From Scenedesmus sp. PABB004 (Eukaryota): a stretch of DNA of 64,000 nucleotides. Positions 46,326-60,554 of the stretch are shown here, piece by piece. Position 1 is the first letter of the stretch. Every line of letters starts with the position of its first letter. The notes beneath the pieces are model-generated. The model was not told the origin of the DNA and did no database searches. It worked only from the letters and a program-made list of their open reading frames with translations. The DNA is taken from NCBI GenBank assembly GCA_014905635.1, contig JABVCE010000026.1:62001-126000 (forward strand), read 5' to 3'. The translations under genes and the position numbers were made by a program.

Positions 46326-46607
46326 AGGGGCTGGCGATCAGCGCTGGTCGCGCAGCAGCTCGCGGGCCGGCGAGCCGCCGCCAGGCAGCAGCCGCACGCA
46401 CCTCGGCTAGCACGCCGGCGAGCTGCTCGGCGGCGTTGAGCACCTCTGGCGTGACAAAGGTGAGGAGCCTGCGGCGGCGGGGGGCGCGCAGGCGTGAGGG
46501 CCGGCCCGGGCGCGGCGCGCGCGCTGTCAGAGGCGGCGCGCGGACCGGAGGCTGGTGGCGGCGTCGCCGATCACCACCAGCTCCCGCTGCGCCCCCAGCG
46601 TGTCCAT
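44549..46607 (-). CDS. DRC10: Dynein regulatory complex DRC10/IQCD-like coiled-coil protein (multi-exon)
   Basis: LGSSVEED, RKRAQQDCEAAIG|EYDAEL, C-terminal IQ-like AAYAIQNAFKVWRKRR followed by a KKGG-rich tail. Confidence 0.7.
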
Positions 46608-47057
46608 GGCGGCCCGGCGCCCTCGGCGGCGCCCGCTGCGGCGCGCGCGCCGGGCGCTGCGGCGGCGGTCAACGGCGCCGGACGGGCGCGGGCGCCCCTT
46701 CACACGTTCTACCCACTCGTTGACACGCACTCTGTGACACGCACACGCGGCGCAGGCGTGCTGAGCGAGCCGGCGCGGGCGCTGCAGCGCTGAAGCGCGG
46801 CCCTCCGTGCGCCGCTTTGAGAACAGCGCCGCGGCTGCCTCTCTCCTCGCCCACACCTTCGCCCACTGGTCGGCGATGCGAAGTGAGAGCTGACCAGGCA
46901 CCGCCGCCGCCCGCGCCGCCCGCGCCGCCCGCGCTGCTCGCACCGCCGCTGCTGTGCCGTGCCGCTCGCGCCGCCGCCGCCGCTGCGGCTGCGCCACCGC
47001 CGCACGGCGCAGCCCGCGCCCGGCGCGCCGACCGCGCGCCGCTGATCGGGCGGTCAT

Positions 47058-47702
47058 ATGGCCATGGGGCCGGTGCAGACGGCGGTGACGCTGGTCTTCC
47101 TGCCCACGCTCTACATCCTGCTGGCGGTGCTCGCGAGCGCGCAGTGGTCGCTCCTTTTCAGCACGATCTCGTCCCTGTCCTACCACGTGCAGCGCGCGCC
47201 CGCGCTGGAGCCAGCGGCGCCGAGTGCGGCCGCGGCGCGCGGCACCGCGGCGCCGCCCGCGCCGCCGCGTTTGGGCGAGCGCCGCGCTCGCGCCCACCGC
47301 CAGCCGCCGCCGCCGCCGCGCGGCAGTGCTCAAGGCCTTTGTGAGCTACCTGGAGTCCATCTTTGGGTGCGCCGCCGGCGGCAGCAGCGCCAGTCGCGGC
47401 GCCCGCTGGCAGGGTTCGCGCCGGCCAGGACCGGCCGCTGTTGACCGCCCACCGGGCGCGCGCCGCGCCGCCGCGGCCGCTGCTGCTGCTGCTGCGCAGG
47501 CCGGCCTACAAGTGGTCGCCCAACCCCACGCAAGTGCTGCTGGTGGGTGCTCGCTCGCAGCGGCGGCGCGCCCGCGCAGAGAGAGCTGGGCAGCGGCGCG
47601 CAGCGCGCGCAGCGCGCGCGGCGCCACGCCCCTGCCACTCGTCGCCGGCGGCCGCGTGCGCAGGTGGCGGTGATGATCGCGTTCCTGGCGCAGCGCCTGT
47701 GA
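47058..47702 (+). CDS. Small (~100 aa) membrane protein of unknown function, 4 exons
   Basis: MAMGPVQTAVTLVFLPTLYILLAVLASAQWSLL..AAP(M)LKAFVSYLESIFG|PAYKWSPNPTQVLL|VAVMIAFLAQRL*, joined by canonical GT-AG sites. Confidence 0.65.
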
Positions 47703-47788
47703 CCTGGTTGCGTGCAGCAGGCGGCTGGGCCGCGGCGCGGCGCTGCGGTTGTCGCTGCGGCACGTCCGCCCTGGTGTGCTGCGGCGCG

Positions 47789-48162
47789 GCTCTCCTGTTA
47801 TCGCATGCACCTTGCCGCCGGCCGCGCAGCGGTGCCTCGTGCGTTGGGACCGCCAGGCCTGCGCGTCACGCCGCCAGGCCCTGAGGCGCGCGCTCCTGCC
47901 GCCGCGCGTGGGCTGCGGCCGCCGCTCCGGCGCTCCCCGCACTCCTCGCAGCTTCCAGGCCCTCCGAGCAGCCCCCGCGCGGCGGGAAGGCCAGGCCGGG
48001 CGGTCGGGCAGGTCGGCGGCAGCTGAGCATCGCCCGGCCGGCAGGTCGCCGCGCGGGTCGGCGGCCGACCAGCGCGCCGGCGCACGGTCGCGCCAGAGCC
48101 TCGACGCAGCCGCCCCGCGACACGTGGCCTGCTGCCGAGCGCGGGGCGCGACGCAGCGGGCC
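47789..48162. repeat. Second copy of the ~370-bp segment, upstream of the hydrolase gene
   Basis: Inverted copy of 41111-41482. Confidence 0.93.
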
Positions 48163-48253
48163 CGCGCTGCCGCAGCTGCTGCTCCTGCTGCTGCCGCCGC
48201 TGCCACCGGCAACCGCCGCAACCGCCGCTCGCCGCCGCGCCGTCGGGCGCGCC

Positions 48254-49505
48254 ATGGCCGCCGCCGGGCCGCCGCTGGCGGCGCGCGCGCCGCCGTGGCG
48301 GCGGCCCGCGCGGCCTGGCCACCGGGCGCCGGCGGCGCGCGCCGCGCTGCCGCAGCGAACTCTCGAGTTTGCCAATGACCGCGGCGAGCGCCTCGTCGGC
48401 ACGCTCACCGAGCCAGAGCCGGGCGGCGCCGGTGGTGATCCGGAGCTGGCGCCGGTGGTGATCCTCGCGCACGGCTGGATGGGCAGCCGACACAGCGAGC
48501 TGCTCGTCCGCCTGGCGACGGCGCTCGGCCGCAGCGCCGGGCTCGCGGCGCTGCGGTTTGACTTTAGCGGCTGCGGCGACTCTGGCGGCGACCTCCGCTA
48601 CGGGCAGTACCGGTGGGCACACTCGCGCCCGCGCCACACACGCCGCGCTGCTGCGGCGCGCCGGTCGGGGAGCCGCCGGCCCACGCACCGCCCCGCGCGC
48701 GCGCCCAGGTCGGAGGCGCGCGAGCTGCACGCGGCCAGGGCGTTTGTGGAGGGCAGCCTAGGCCGGCGCGTCGGCGGGCTGGTGGGGCACAGCCGGGGCG
48801 CCACCGACGCGCTGCTGGCCGCGGCGGACGGCGACGACTGGCCCTGCGTCGTCGCGCTGGCCGCGCGCTGCGACCTGCAGGGCGGCGTGCTGCAGCGCCT
48901 CGGCGCCGACGTGCTGGCGGCGCTCGACGCGCACGGCCAGGCGCGGCTGCGCGGCGGCAGAGGCGCGGCCGTCGCGGCGGCGGCGCGGCGGCGGGGCGGC
49001 GCGCCGATCCGCCACGGCGGCGCCGCCGGCGGCGGCTGAACGCCGGCGACCGCCGGCACGTGCGCGCGTGTGCAGGTTGAGATGCGCGGGCGCAGCGCTG
49101 CACGCGGCGCGTTCAGCTGGACGCTGCGGCGCGAGGACCTGGACGACAGGCTGGCGACGGACGTGGCCGCCGCGTGCGGCCGCATCGCCCGCACGCCGGT
49201 GCTGGTCGTGCACGGCAGCGCCGACGCCGACGTGCCGCTGGCGGACGCGCGCGCCATCGACGCCGCCCTCGCGGTGCGCGCGCGGAAGCGGCGCCGGTGG
49301 GGCGCGCGCGCAGCTGGCCGCCGCCTCACGCCCGCCCCGCCACGCGCCGCCGCCACTGCTGCAGGGCCCGCACGAGCTGGTGGTGCTGCAGGGCGCCGAC
49401 CACCTGTTCACGGGGGCGGCGATGTACGAGGTCGCCGGCGCGGTGCTGCCGTTCCTCGCTGCCCACGCGCGGCGGCGCGGCGGCGGCGCCGCCGCGACGG
49501 CATGA
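48254..49505 (+). CDS. Alpha/beta-hydrolase (4 exons)
   Basis: GERLVGTL, ILAHG, RFDFSGCGDSGG, nucleophile GHSRG, VLVVHGSADADVP, GADHLF. Confidence 0.92.
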
Positions 49506-49738
49506 GCTTGAACTGGTGCCAGTTAACTCGTGGGCGCGGCGCGGAGGCGAGGTGGCGGAGCTGGAGGCCGGGTTTTGGGTTCCCGCCTCACTGCTCTCAC
49601 AGCCGCGCCCGCCGACCTATGAATACCCCGCCAGCGCTCCGGAGCTCGCCAAGCCTCCCGCGCACCTCCACAGCGCGCGCGGCGAGCTCCCGGCCCCTCC
49701 AGACGCCCACACACCGCTCTCTCGCACCGCGCCTGGCA

Positions 49739-50837
49739 ATGGCGCGCGCCCTGGCGGCCCTCCTGCTCCTGGCCGTCGCGCTACAGGCGGCCACCGCGCG
49801 CCGCACCACGCTGGGTGAGGCGCCAGGGCTGCCGCGCGCCGCTGGGCCGGGGCCGGCGCCAGAGCAGCGCGGCGCGGCGCGCGCCCGTGGCGCCGCCGCC
49901 GTGCCGCGCCGCGCTCCGCGAGCCCGACCCACCGCTCACGCTGGTCGCTGACCGCCCGTCCGCGGCGCCTGCGCGCGCTCGCAGCCACCACGGCCGCGGC
50001 CACGGCCCCGGTCAAGTACGCGACCTTTTACGACGCCATCGTTGCGGACAAGGCCAACCACGCGCTGCTGCTCTCCGCCGTGAACGCCAACCCCGACATC
50101 GTGGCGCTGCTGAAGCTGCGGCAGAACGTGACCGCGTTCATCCCCACCGACAAGGCGCGCCGCGCGGCGCGGGCGTCGGCGCCCGCCCGCCGCGCCGCTG
50201 CGGCGCGCGCCCGCGGCGGCGCCCTGGCGCCGCGGTCGCGCAGCCTGCCTGCAGGCGCGCCGCTGCACGGCCCCCCTCACGCGCGCGCCGCCCCGCCCCG
50301 CCCCGCCTCGTCCCCGCAGGCGTTTGTCGCGATGGCGCTCCAGCTCAAGCTCGGGCTCAGCCCCGCCAAGTTTTCCAGCAACGCCTGCCTCATCTCTGCC
50401 ATCCTGCGCTACCACATTGTCGCGCCGGGCATGAAGGCGCCCAGGCTCGCCGCCCGCGCCGCGCCGGCGCCGACCAAGCTCGTGCTGCGCGCGGGCACCA
50501 CGCCCGCGGGCGCGCCTCAGTACGCCGCCAAGACGCTGCGCTTCCAGGCAGAGTGGGTTGCGCGCCGGCGCGCGCGCGGGCGGCCGCGCGCGCCCCTGCC
50601 GGCGCCCGTGGGCGCGCGCCCCCGCCGCCCGCTGAAGCCGCCTCCGCCCGTCGCCGCGCCGCGCGCAGGGGCGGCACCGTGCGCGTGGTCGCGCCCGCGA
50701 GCAGCGGCCTGCTCGTGGAGCCCAAGAACGTGACGATTGTCGGCGGCGGCGTGAAGCACAACATCAACGCCGTGCTGCTGCCCGCGGCCGACCTGCCTGC
50801 GCTGCTCGCCATGACTGGGTGCCCCGCCAGCGCGTGA
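49739..50837 (+). CDS. Secreted single fasciclin (FAS1) domain protein (4 exons)
   Basis: Signal peptide; H1 motif VTAFIPTDK|AF, ILRYHIV, H2 motif KHNINAVLLP. Confidence 0.88.
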
Positions 50838-51433
50838 GCGCGCGCCGCCTGCGCCTGCCCCGCCGGGCCCGACCGCGCCGCCGCCGTGCGTGGCGCGTGT
50901 GAGCGGAGAGGAGGGGGGCCGCCGGCGGGCGGAGCGGGCCGGCGGAGCGGCGCGCGCTGAGTGCAGCGCTGCCGCCGCGCGCGCGCGGACGGTGCCGGGC
51001 AGCTGCGACACGCTGCCGGCGCGGGATCGGTCTTCTATGGCCGCTGAGACGCGGCCACGACTTTCGGCCCGGCGGAACGCGCTGCTGCTGGAGCGATTGG
51101 TGGCGGTCGCCGGCCGCCGGCGTCACCGGCAGCGTGGATTGTGGCAGTGACCAGTCGCGTTCCGCGGTCGCAGGCCGTTCCCTTGCGCGCTCGGTCCGCC
51201 GCGACTCTGTCAAATGCGCGGCGCGCCCCCGCGCCGGAGGAGAGGTCGCAGCCGGGTGCCCCTCAAGAGCACCTCCAATCCGCATCTACTCGCCGACGGC
51301 TGGTCCGCCCCAAGGCTCGCCCAATCGCGCCCCCGCCCCACCTCGCCGCCCCGCCCCTCCGCCGTCGATCGCGCCCGCACCAACTCCACCGGTGACCTCG
51401 CCGACTCTCGCGCCCGCCCTCCGCGTCGCAGCC

Positions 51434-52263
51434 ATGCGCCCGGCCACCGCGATGATCGCCGCCCTGGTGAGCCACTCTCACCAGAGACCTCCACGCGCGC
51501 GCATGCAGCAGCCGCAGGCGCCGGGCGCGCGGCGCCGCGGGGCGGTCCCGCTGGATCGCCCCCGGGCGGCCGCACGCGCCGGCAGCCGCGCTGGGGCCGC
51601 CGCGGACCGCGCTGCGCCCTCACAAACCCGCCCCGGCGTGATCTCCGCTCCGCAGGCGGTGGCGCTGCTGCTGAGCACCGCGAGCGCGGGTGAGTTGCTG
51701 CTGCTGGGCCAGCAGACCCGCCGGCGCGCGCTGTCGCCTCGGGCTCGGGCTCCGGCCGGCTGAGGCTGCCGGGAGCCGGCGCTAGGGCTGCAGCCTCACA
51801 CGCCGCCGCCAGGCGCCGGGCGCCAAGCGCTCGCGCGCGGGCCCGAGGGCTGCAGCATCATCGCACGCCGCCGTCGCCGCGCCGCCGTCGCCGCCACCGC
51901 CGCCCCGCTTCGCCCGCACCGCCCGCAGAGCTGACAAAGCCCAATAAGCCTTCTGATGTGAAGGTTGGGGATTCTGGGAGTCTTTCTTTCAAGCGGATGG
52001 AGGCGTTTGCGTTCGTGCGCAAGAAGGCCGCGGACGCTGCGGCGGACTCCAAGTCGGCCGACGCCCCGAAGGCCGCCGACGCGGCGGCCGCCAAGCCCGC
52101 CGACGCCCCGAAGCCCGCCGACGCGGCGGCTGCCAAGCCCGCCGACGCGGCGGCGGCCCCCAAGTCGGCTGCGGCGGCGGCGGCCCCCAAGTCGGCTGCG
52201 GCGGCGACCCCCAAGCCTGCTGCGGCGGCGGCCACCCCGGCCCCGGCAGCCCCCAAGCACTGA
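51434..52263 (+). CDS. Small secreted Ala/Lys/Pro-rich repeat protein (3 exons)
   Basis: MRPATAMIAAL|AVALLLSTASA|ELTKPNKPSDVK.. then ADAPK/ADAAAAKP repeats to stop 52263; canonical gtgag donors. Confidence 0.7.
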
Positions 52264-53088
52264 GCTGCACCTGGTGGTGGTGGTGGTGGTGTGGCGTTTG
52301 TGGGCGTGAAGGCTCCCGCCTCGCGCCCACGGGGCCCACAATAACGAGGGCTGCAACACCAGCCCGCGGGCGGCAAGCGCCCGCCAATCTCCCTGCACAG
52401 ACTGCAAAGGCCCCAGCGCTGAGGCCTCGCCAGGGCACAGCGTGCGCCAAATCCCTTGCCCTGCTCTGACTGCGTCCCCAGCTGCTCTGCTCTGGTTGCA
52501 TCTGCACTTTCTGGACAGGCTGCGCCCGGACCTTGGCCACCAGGGCTGTCTTGAGGCCGCCACCTGCACGGGGGGAACAACGCACGCTGCTGGTTTGGCG
52601 GCCGCGTGGCTGCGGGGGACTGTCGGGCGGTCGCAGTCGACTGCGACCGACGCCGTGACGCGTCACGGCGCGCGCGCTGCGCATGCGGTGATCAGCGGCG
52701 ACGAGCAGAGTAAACGAGGACTTGTTGCCGTGGTGGCCACTCGCTCGCTCACCCGCCGAGCGCCGCCCGCGCGGCGCATGCAGGCAGCGGCCGGCCCGTG
52801 CCCGTGCCGCAGCGCTGCGGCGGCCGACCGCCCCGCGCGCGCTCGCTCACGCGCGGGGCCGAGCGCGGCCTGCACGGCGAGCCCGAATCGATCGATGCGA
52901 GCCACAGATGCTATGCCGATGATGATGGTACACGCGGGTCATGATGGTGGTGATACACGCCGCACCGGTGCGCCGCCCACCCCGCGCCCGGCCGCAGGCG
53001 CGGCGGCGGCGGGCGCTGCGCGCCAATTGGCGTGGCGGCGCGCGCGCCGCTCCGGGCGGCTGCCGCCCGGGGTGCCGCCGCCGCCGCC

Positions 53089-54803
53089 TCAGCCGCGCGC
53101 GAGCCGCGCCTGCCAGCGCCGGCCCAGCGCGGCCGCGGCGGGCAGCAGGAGGCGGGCGTTGAAGAGCAGCAGCCCCCCGAGCAGCAGCGCGCCGCCGGCG
53201 GCAAAGCCCGGGCCGAGCGCCGCGGGCGGCAGCAGCGGCAGCGGGAGCAGCGCGAAGGCGGCCACCGAAGTCGGCACAAGGCACGACATCGTCAGCGCCG
53301 TCAGCACCGCGCCCTGGCCGCGGACCATGAGCAGCGCGACGATGTTAAAGGCCACGTTAATTGCACAGTAGAGCGCCGGCAGCAGCGGCGCGCCGCAGTC
53401 CGCGCAGCCGGGGCTCGCGCCCGCGAGGCACGCCGCGCCGTCGGCGCAGTACGCCGGCAGGTCTGCCAGGCCCAGCCCGCGCGCGGCCGCGGTCGCGGGC
53501 AGGAGCGCGAGCAGGAAGGCGGCCTGCGCGGTGCTGCAAAACGAGTTGACCACGAGCACGTCGAGCTGGCCCCCCAGGCGCGCCGGCGCGGCGCGGAAGA
53601 TCGCCTCCTTGACGATCGTCGCGAGGGCTGGGAACGCAAAGCTCACCACCGCGAGGCCCACGTAGGGGAGCGGCGCGCCGCCGGCGCCGGCGCCGGCGCC
53701 GGGCCAGCTCGCGAGCCCGACGCCCGCGAGCACGGCGGCCACGCCCAGCACCTGCGCCGCGGTCGGCCTGCGCGGGCGGGCGCGGGCGGCCGCAGGCGCG
53801 AGCGCGGGGGGCGGGGCGTGAGGCGTGGGCGCAGGCGCGCGCACGCGCGAGCGCGCGCGGCGCGGCGCTGCGCGGCGCGGCGCGGCGCGGCACGGCGCGG
53901 CGCGGCACGGCGGCGCTGGCACGGGCGCGGCGCCCCGCGCACCGCGTGCCGAAGACGAGGCGCGAGAAGAGGAGGTTCCAGAGCAGCGTGGTCTGCATGA
54001 GCAGCGGCAGCAGCGCGCCCGGCAGCCGTGCTGCTGCAGTCATCATCAGGAGCTGCGCGACCGCCTCGCACGCGCCCGTGACCGCAAACAGCGCCTTGGG
54101 CGTGGCCAGCATCGCGTCCGTGACCTTGCCCTGCCTGCGCGGGCGGCGGGGGCGCGGTCGCGCAGGGGCGGCAGCGGGCGCAGGTGCGCGGGCCCTGCAA
54201 GCGCGCGCGCCCCTCACCTGTAGCGCAGCGCCAGGAGGCCCCAGTATATGACCAGGTAGCCCACCTGGGCGGGGCGGAGCAGGGCGTCACGGCGGCGCGG
54301 CGCAGCGCCGCGCCGCCGCGCCCAGCGCGCCGCCGCGCGCCGCAGCGCGCCCAGCGTCGCGGTCGCCCCGTCCTCACGTTCTGCGCCTGCGCCAGGAAGA
54401 ACACAAAGTCCTCCATGGACACCAGGGCGAGGCGGTAGAGCACGCGGTTGGCCGTGCCGAGCACGAGCACCGACGCGACAAGCCCCGCAGCGCCGACGCC
54501 GGCGCCGCCGACCGCGCGCGCCGCCGAGTCGCGCCGGCGCGGGCCCGGCTGATGCTGCTGCTGCTGCTGGAGGTGGTGGCGCTGCCGCTGCAGCAGCTGC
54601 CGCTGCGGCAGCTGCTGCTGGAGGCGCTGCCTCCACTGCGGCGCACGCGGCAGCGGCGGCGCTGCGCAGCGCTGCAGCGCGGCCTGCGGCGCCCGCAGCG
54701 CCCGCGGCTGCCCCTGAGGCTGGATCTGTGCCGGCCGAGCGGCGACGTGGCGCGGCCGCGCGCCCGGCGCCCCGGCGCGGCGAGGCAGCGCCGCTGGCGC
54801 CAT
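53089..54803 (-). CDS. CRT-like (chloroquine-resistance transporter-like, CLT) plastid transporter
   Basis: Transit peptide; LGTANRVLYRLAL..FFLAQ, ARLPG..PLLMQ, IVKEAIF, LDVLVVNSFCS, DGAACL..CADCGAPLLPALY..NVAFNI. Confidence 0.88.
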
Positions 54804-55111
54804 CACAACAAGCCCTGCTGGCCTGCTGCCGCGGCCCCAGCGCCCAGATCGCTCGAGTGAGTCCCCACTGAAACGGTGGACCGCTCCGGCTGCCCCAGGC
54901 CTTGTTACGGCGGCGGCGCGTGTGCGGCGGCGCAAGCGGGCTGAAGCGCTGCGCTTCAGCCCGCGCTCAGGCGGCGGAGCCGCTGCGCAGTGCGCACGGC
55001 ATGCACTGCATGACTCAGCCTGCTGAATCACGCACTCTGGAACCTCTCCCTCTTCTCCCTCGGCTCTGCGGGGTCACCCGGCCCACGCCGCTGCGCCAGC
55101 TCCGAGCTCAC

Positions 55112-56023
55112 TCACTGACCGCCCACCTCGGCAGCGGCCCCAGCCTCCCAGGCCGCCCCGCCGCCGCGCGCCGCCGTCGGGCTGCCCTGCAGCGAGCCGC
55201 CGCCGGCGCTGGACAGGCGGGTGCGCTGGAAGGCAGCGGCCGCCGACACCGTGCCTGAGAGGGACAGCGCGTGCAGGCCCTCGCCCAGCTCCTGCTCCCG
55301 CTCCAGCTGCCCAGCCTGCTGCTGCTGCTGATGAAGCTGCTGTAGCTGCTGCAGCTGCTGCTCCTGCTGCTGCTCCCCCTGCTCGGCGGCCGTTGACTGC
55401 TCGGCGAGCGGCGCCGCGAACGCCGGCGGCGGCGCCGGCGCGCCTGGCGCCGACACCTGCTGCTGCGGCGTGGCCGGTGTGAGCGGGCCAGCGGCGCCGC
55501 GCCCGGGCGCCCCGGCCACGCCCGGCGGCGCCGCCGGCGCCAGCGCTGCGGGCGCCGCCGCTGCGGGCGCCGGCGCCGCGGGCGCGGGCAGCACGAGCGG
55601 CGCCGGCGCCGGCAGCGCGGTGGCGTCACCGCCCGAGCTCGGCGGCGCAGCCCGGCGAGCCTCCAAGGCCGCATAGCACTGCTGCGCCGTGGCCGCCGCT
55701 GCCGCGGCCGCCGCTGCCGCGGCCGCGGCATCGTGGATCGCCTGATGGACAGCCGCCTGGGCCGCCGCCGCCGCCGCGGCGAGCTCCTCGTCAGCGGCCG
55801 GCGCCCGCGGCGGTGCGGCCGCTTGAGCTGGCGCCCGCGCGGCGGGTGGTGGCGCGGCCGGCTGTGCCGGCGGAGGCGCCGCTGTCGGCTGTGCGCGTGC
55901 TGCCGCCAGCTCCGCGCGCACGGCCGCCAGCTCCCTGCGCGCGGCCTGCAGCTCGGCGTGCAGCTCCTGGACCTCCGCGGCCGGCAAGTGCCCGCCGCGG
56001 AGGCAGCAAAAGCGCAGGCGCAT
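55112..56023 (-). CDS. Hypothetical coiled-coil, Ala/Pro/Gln-rich protein
   Basis: EVQELHAELQAARRELAAVRAEL heptads and coding-like codon use; both ends are uncertain. Confidence 0.45.
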   Translation of the reverse strand: MRLRFCCLRGGHLPAAEVQELHAELQAARRELAAVRAELAAARAQPTAAPPPAQPAAPPPAARAPAQAAAPPRAPAADEELAAAAAAAQAAVHQAIHDAAAAAAAAAAAAATAQQCYAALEARRAAPPSSGGDATALPAPAPLVLPAPAAPAPAAAAPAALAPAAPPGVAGAPGRGAAGPLTPATPQQQVSAPGAPAPPPAFAAPLAEQSTAAEQGEQQQEQQLQQLQQLHQQQQQAGQLEREQELGEGLHALSLSGTVSAAAAFQRTRLSSAGGGSLQGSPTAARGGGAAWEAGAAAEVGGQ

Positions 56024-56598
56024 GGCGTTTGCGCCCGCGTTTGACCGCCTTCCCGCTCGCTGCTGCTGCGTTGAGAGGGGCCGCAAGAGCGCGGAGCGAG
56101 CGCGTGAGGGCCGTCGGGAGCGCGAGAAAGCATGGTCCGCAAGAACGCCGGCATCGCGGGCCGGGCTGGCTGACGGCCGCTCGGCCGCCCGCACGCCTGC
56201 CGCCGTCGCCGCCGGCGTGGGCAGCAGCCCGACCCCACGCGGGGCCAGATGCACACGCTCGCGAAGCGCAGGCACGGGGGCGGCACGGGCGGCGACGGCG
56301 GCGCGCGGCCGCTGGCGGCGGAGGTGGAAAACACTGACTGCCTGGCGCCGCACGCGCCAGGGCCGCTTTACCGGGGGGTGCTGTGATCACGCGCACGCCG
56401 GGCCGCATGCGTCCCACGCGGCCCGCCGGCCCGCTCGGCGGCGGCACGCGCGTGCCTGATCAAACAAAGAAGAAGGAGCGGCGCCCGCTCCAACCAGAGC
56501 GCGACGCGCCGAGCACTCGTCATCCCGCCAAGCGCTCGTCATCCCCCACCGCCGCTCGTGTCCCCGCGCCGCGCCGCGCCGCGCCGCGCGGCCGCGCG

Positions 56599-59191
<2,593 letters not shown>

Positions 59192-59945
59192 GCCGCCGCC
59201 GCGCGCTGCTCGCCCGGTCCCCCGGAGCGCCCTGCGCGGCGGCGGCGGTGCGGCGCCCGTCATTGAGCTGCAAGCGGCAGGCGGGCTCGAGCATCCGGGC
59301 CGCCGCCGCCGGCCGCCGCGACCGCGCCGCGCAGGGCTGCAGCCAGCAGCGCCGCTGCCATCCGCGCCGCGCCGCTGCCCGTGCGCGGGGCGCGGTCGAG
59401 CGGCCGCCACGCCGCGCCAGGCGCTCCAGCAGGCCGTCCAGACCCACCTGAGAGCGCCCTGGCCGCCGACTGCGCTTGCTGCTGGGGGGCGGGCGGTGGC
59501 GTGCGGCGTGGGCCCGGCGCCGATGTGGAGGCGCTGTCGTCGATCCGCGTGAAACGGCACGTGTGGAGCGGCGCGGGGAGCGGCTCGCCCTGCGCACCAA
59601 GCGCCGGCGCGCGAGGTGCGGGGTTTTTTTCTTGCGAACGAGGTCCCTTCTCGCCGCCCACACTCCTCCCTACACTCCCCCGTCGCTCGCGCACCGCTGC
59701 GCCGCCGCGTGCGCCGCCGCCGCTCGCGCGCCGGGCAGCAGCAGCCGCGCCCCGCCGCCGTGCGCCAGCCGCCGGCCGGCCGCCCAGGGCGCCGGCGATC
59801 CGCGCCGTCTCGGCCTGACGCTGCTCCCGGGGCGCCGGCGCGCCGGCGGCAGCGCACCGGCGCCGCGCGGCAGCGGCGGCCGGCAGCAGCGCGCGGCCCG
59901 CGCGCCCCGCCCGCGCGGCGCGCCCCTGGCCGCGGACCGCGCGCC

Positions 59946-60554
59946 ATGGCGGGGCACCCGGCGGACGAGTATTACGCGGAGGAGACGTTTGGCGGGCACC
60001 ACAGCACGGGGCGCGTCTACACGGGCCCGTTCCTGGGGCTCGGCTGCACCGCGATCCTGGGGTGCTTCGTGATGTCCAGCGTCGTCAAGCGCAGCCCCAA
60101 CCTCGCCTTCCGCTGGCTGCAGCGCCGCGTTGGCGCGCAGGCGCGGCGCGGCGCCGCGCGAGCGGCCGCCGCGCGCCGCGCGGCGCTCACGGGGCGTGCG
60201 GCCGACCGGGCCCCTCTCGCGCCGCCGCTCACCGGTCCCCTCAGTTCATGACGCTCGCCTATTTCTTCACCACCAACGTCCTCTACTTCCACGACGGCCG
60301 CCGCTGGCGCACGCGCGACGTCGGCACGCTCGGTGCGGGGCGCGGCCGCGGCCGCGGCGGGGCGCGCCGACGCGCCGACGCGCCGACGCCCCGCGCCCCC
60401 GCGCCCACCGCGCCGCCGCCGCCGCCGCCGCCGCCGCGCAGCGCGGCGCGCGTACGGGCCGCTCGTGCTGGACTGGGAGCGGCGCAAGCGCGCGGCCGCC
60501 AAGCGCGCGACCGAGAGCGTCACGGGCGGCCTCGGCGGCGGCGGCGGGTCGTAG
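59946..60554 (+). CDS. HIG1/RCF1-like small membrane protein (3 exons)
   Basis: PFLGLGCTAILG..FRWLQRRVGAQ|FMTLAYF resembles the HIG1 pattern P-x-x-x-x-G-C ... R-x-R-V-x-A-Q-x-x-T. Confidence 0.6.
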
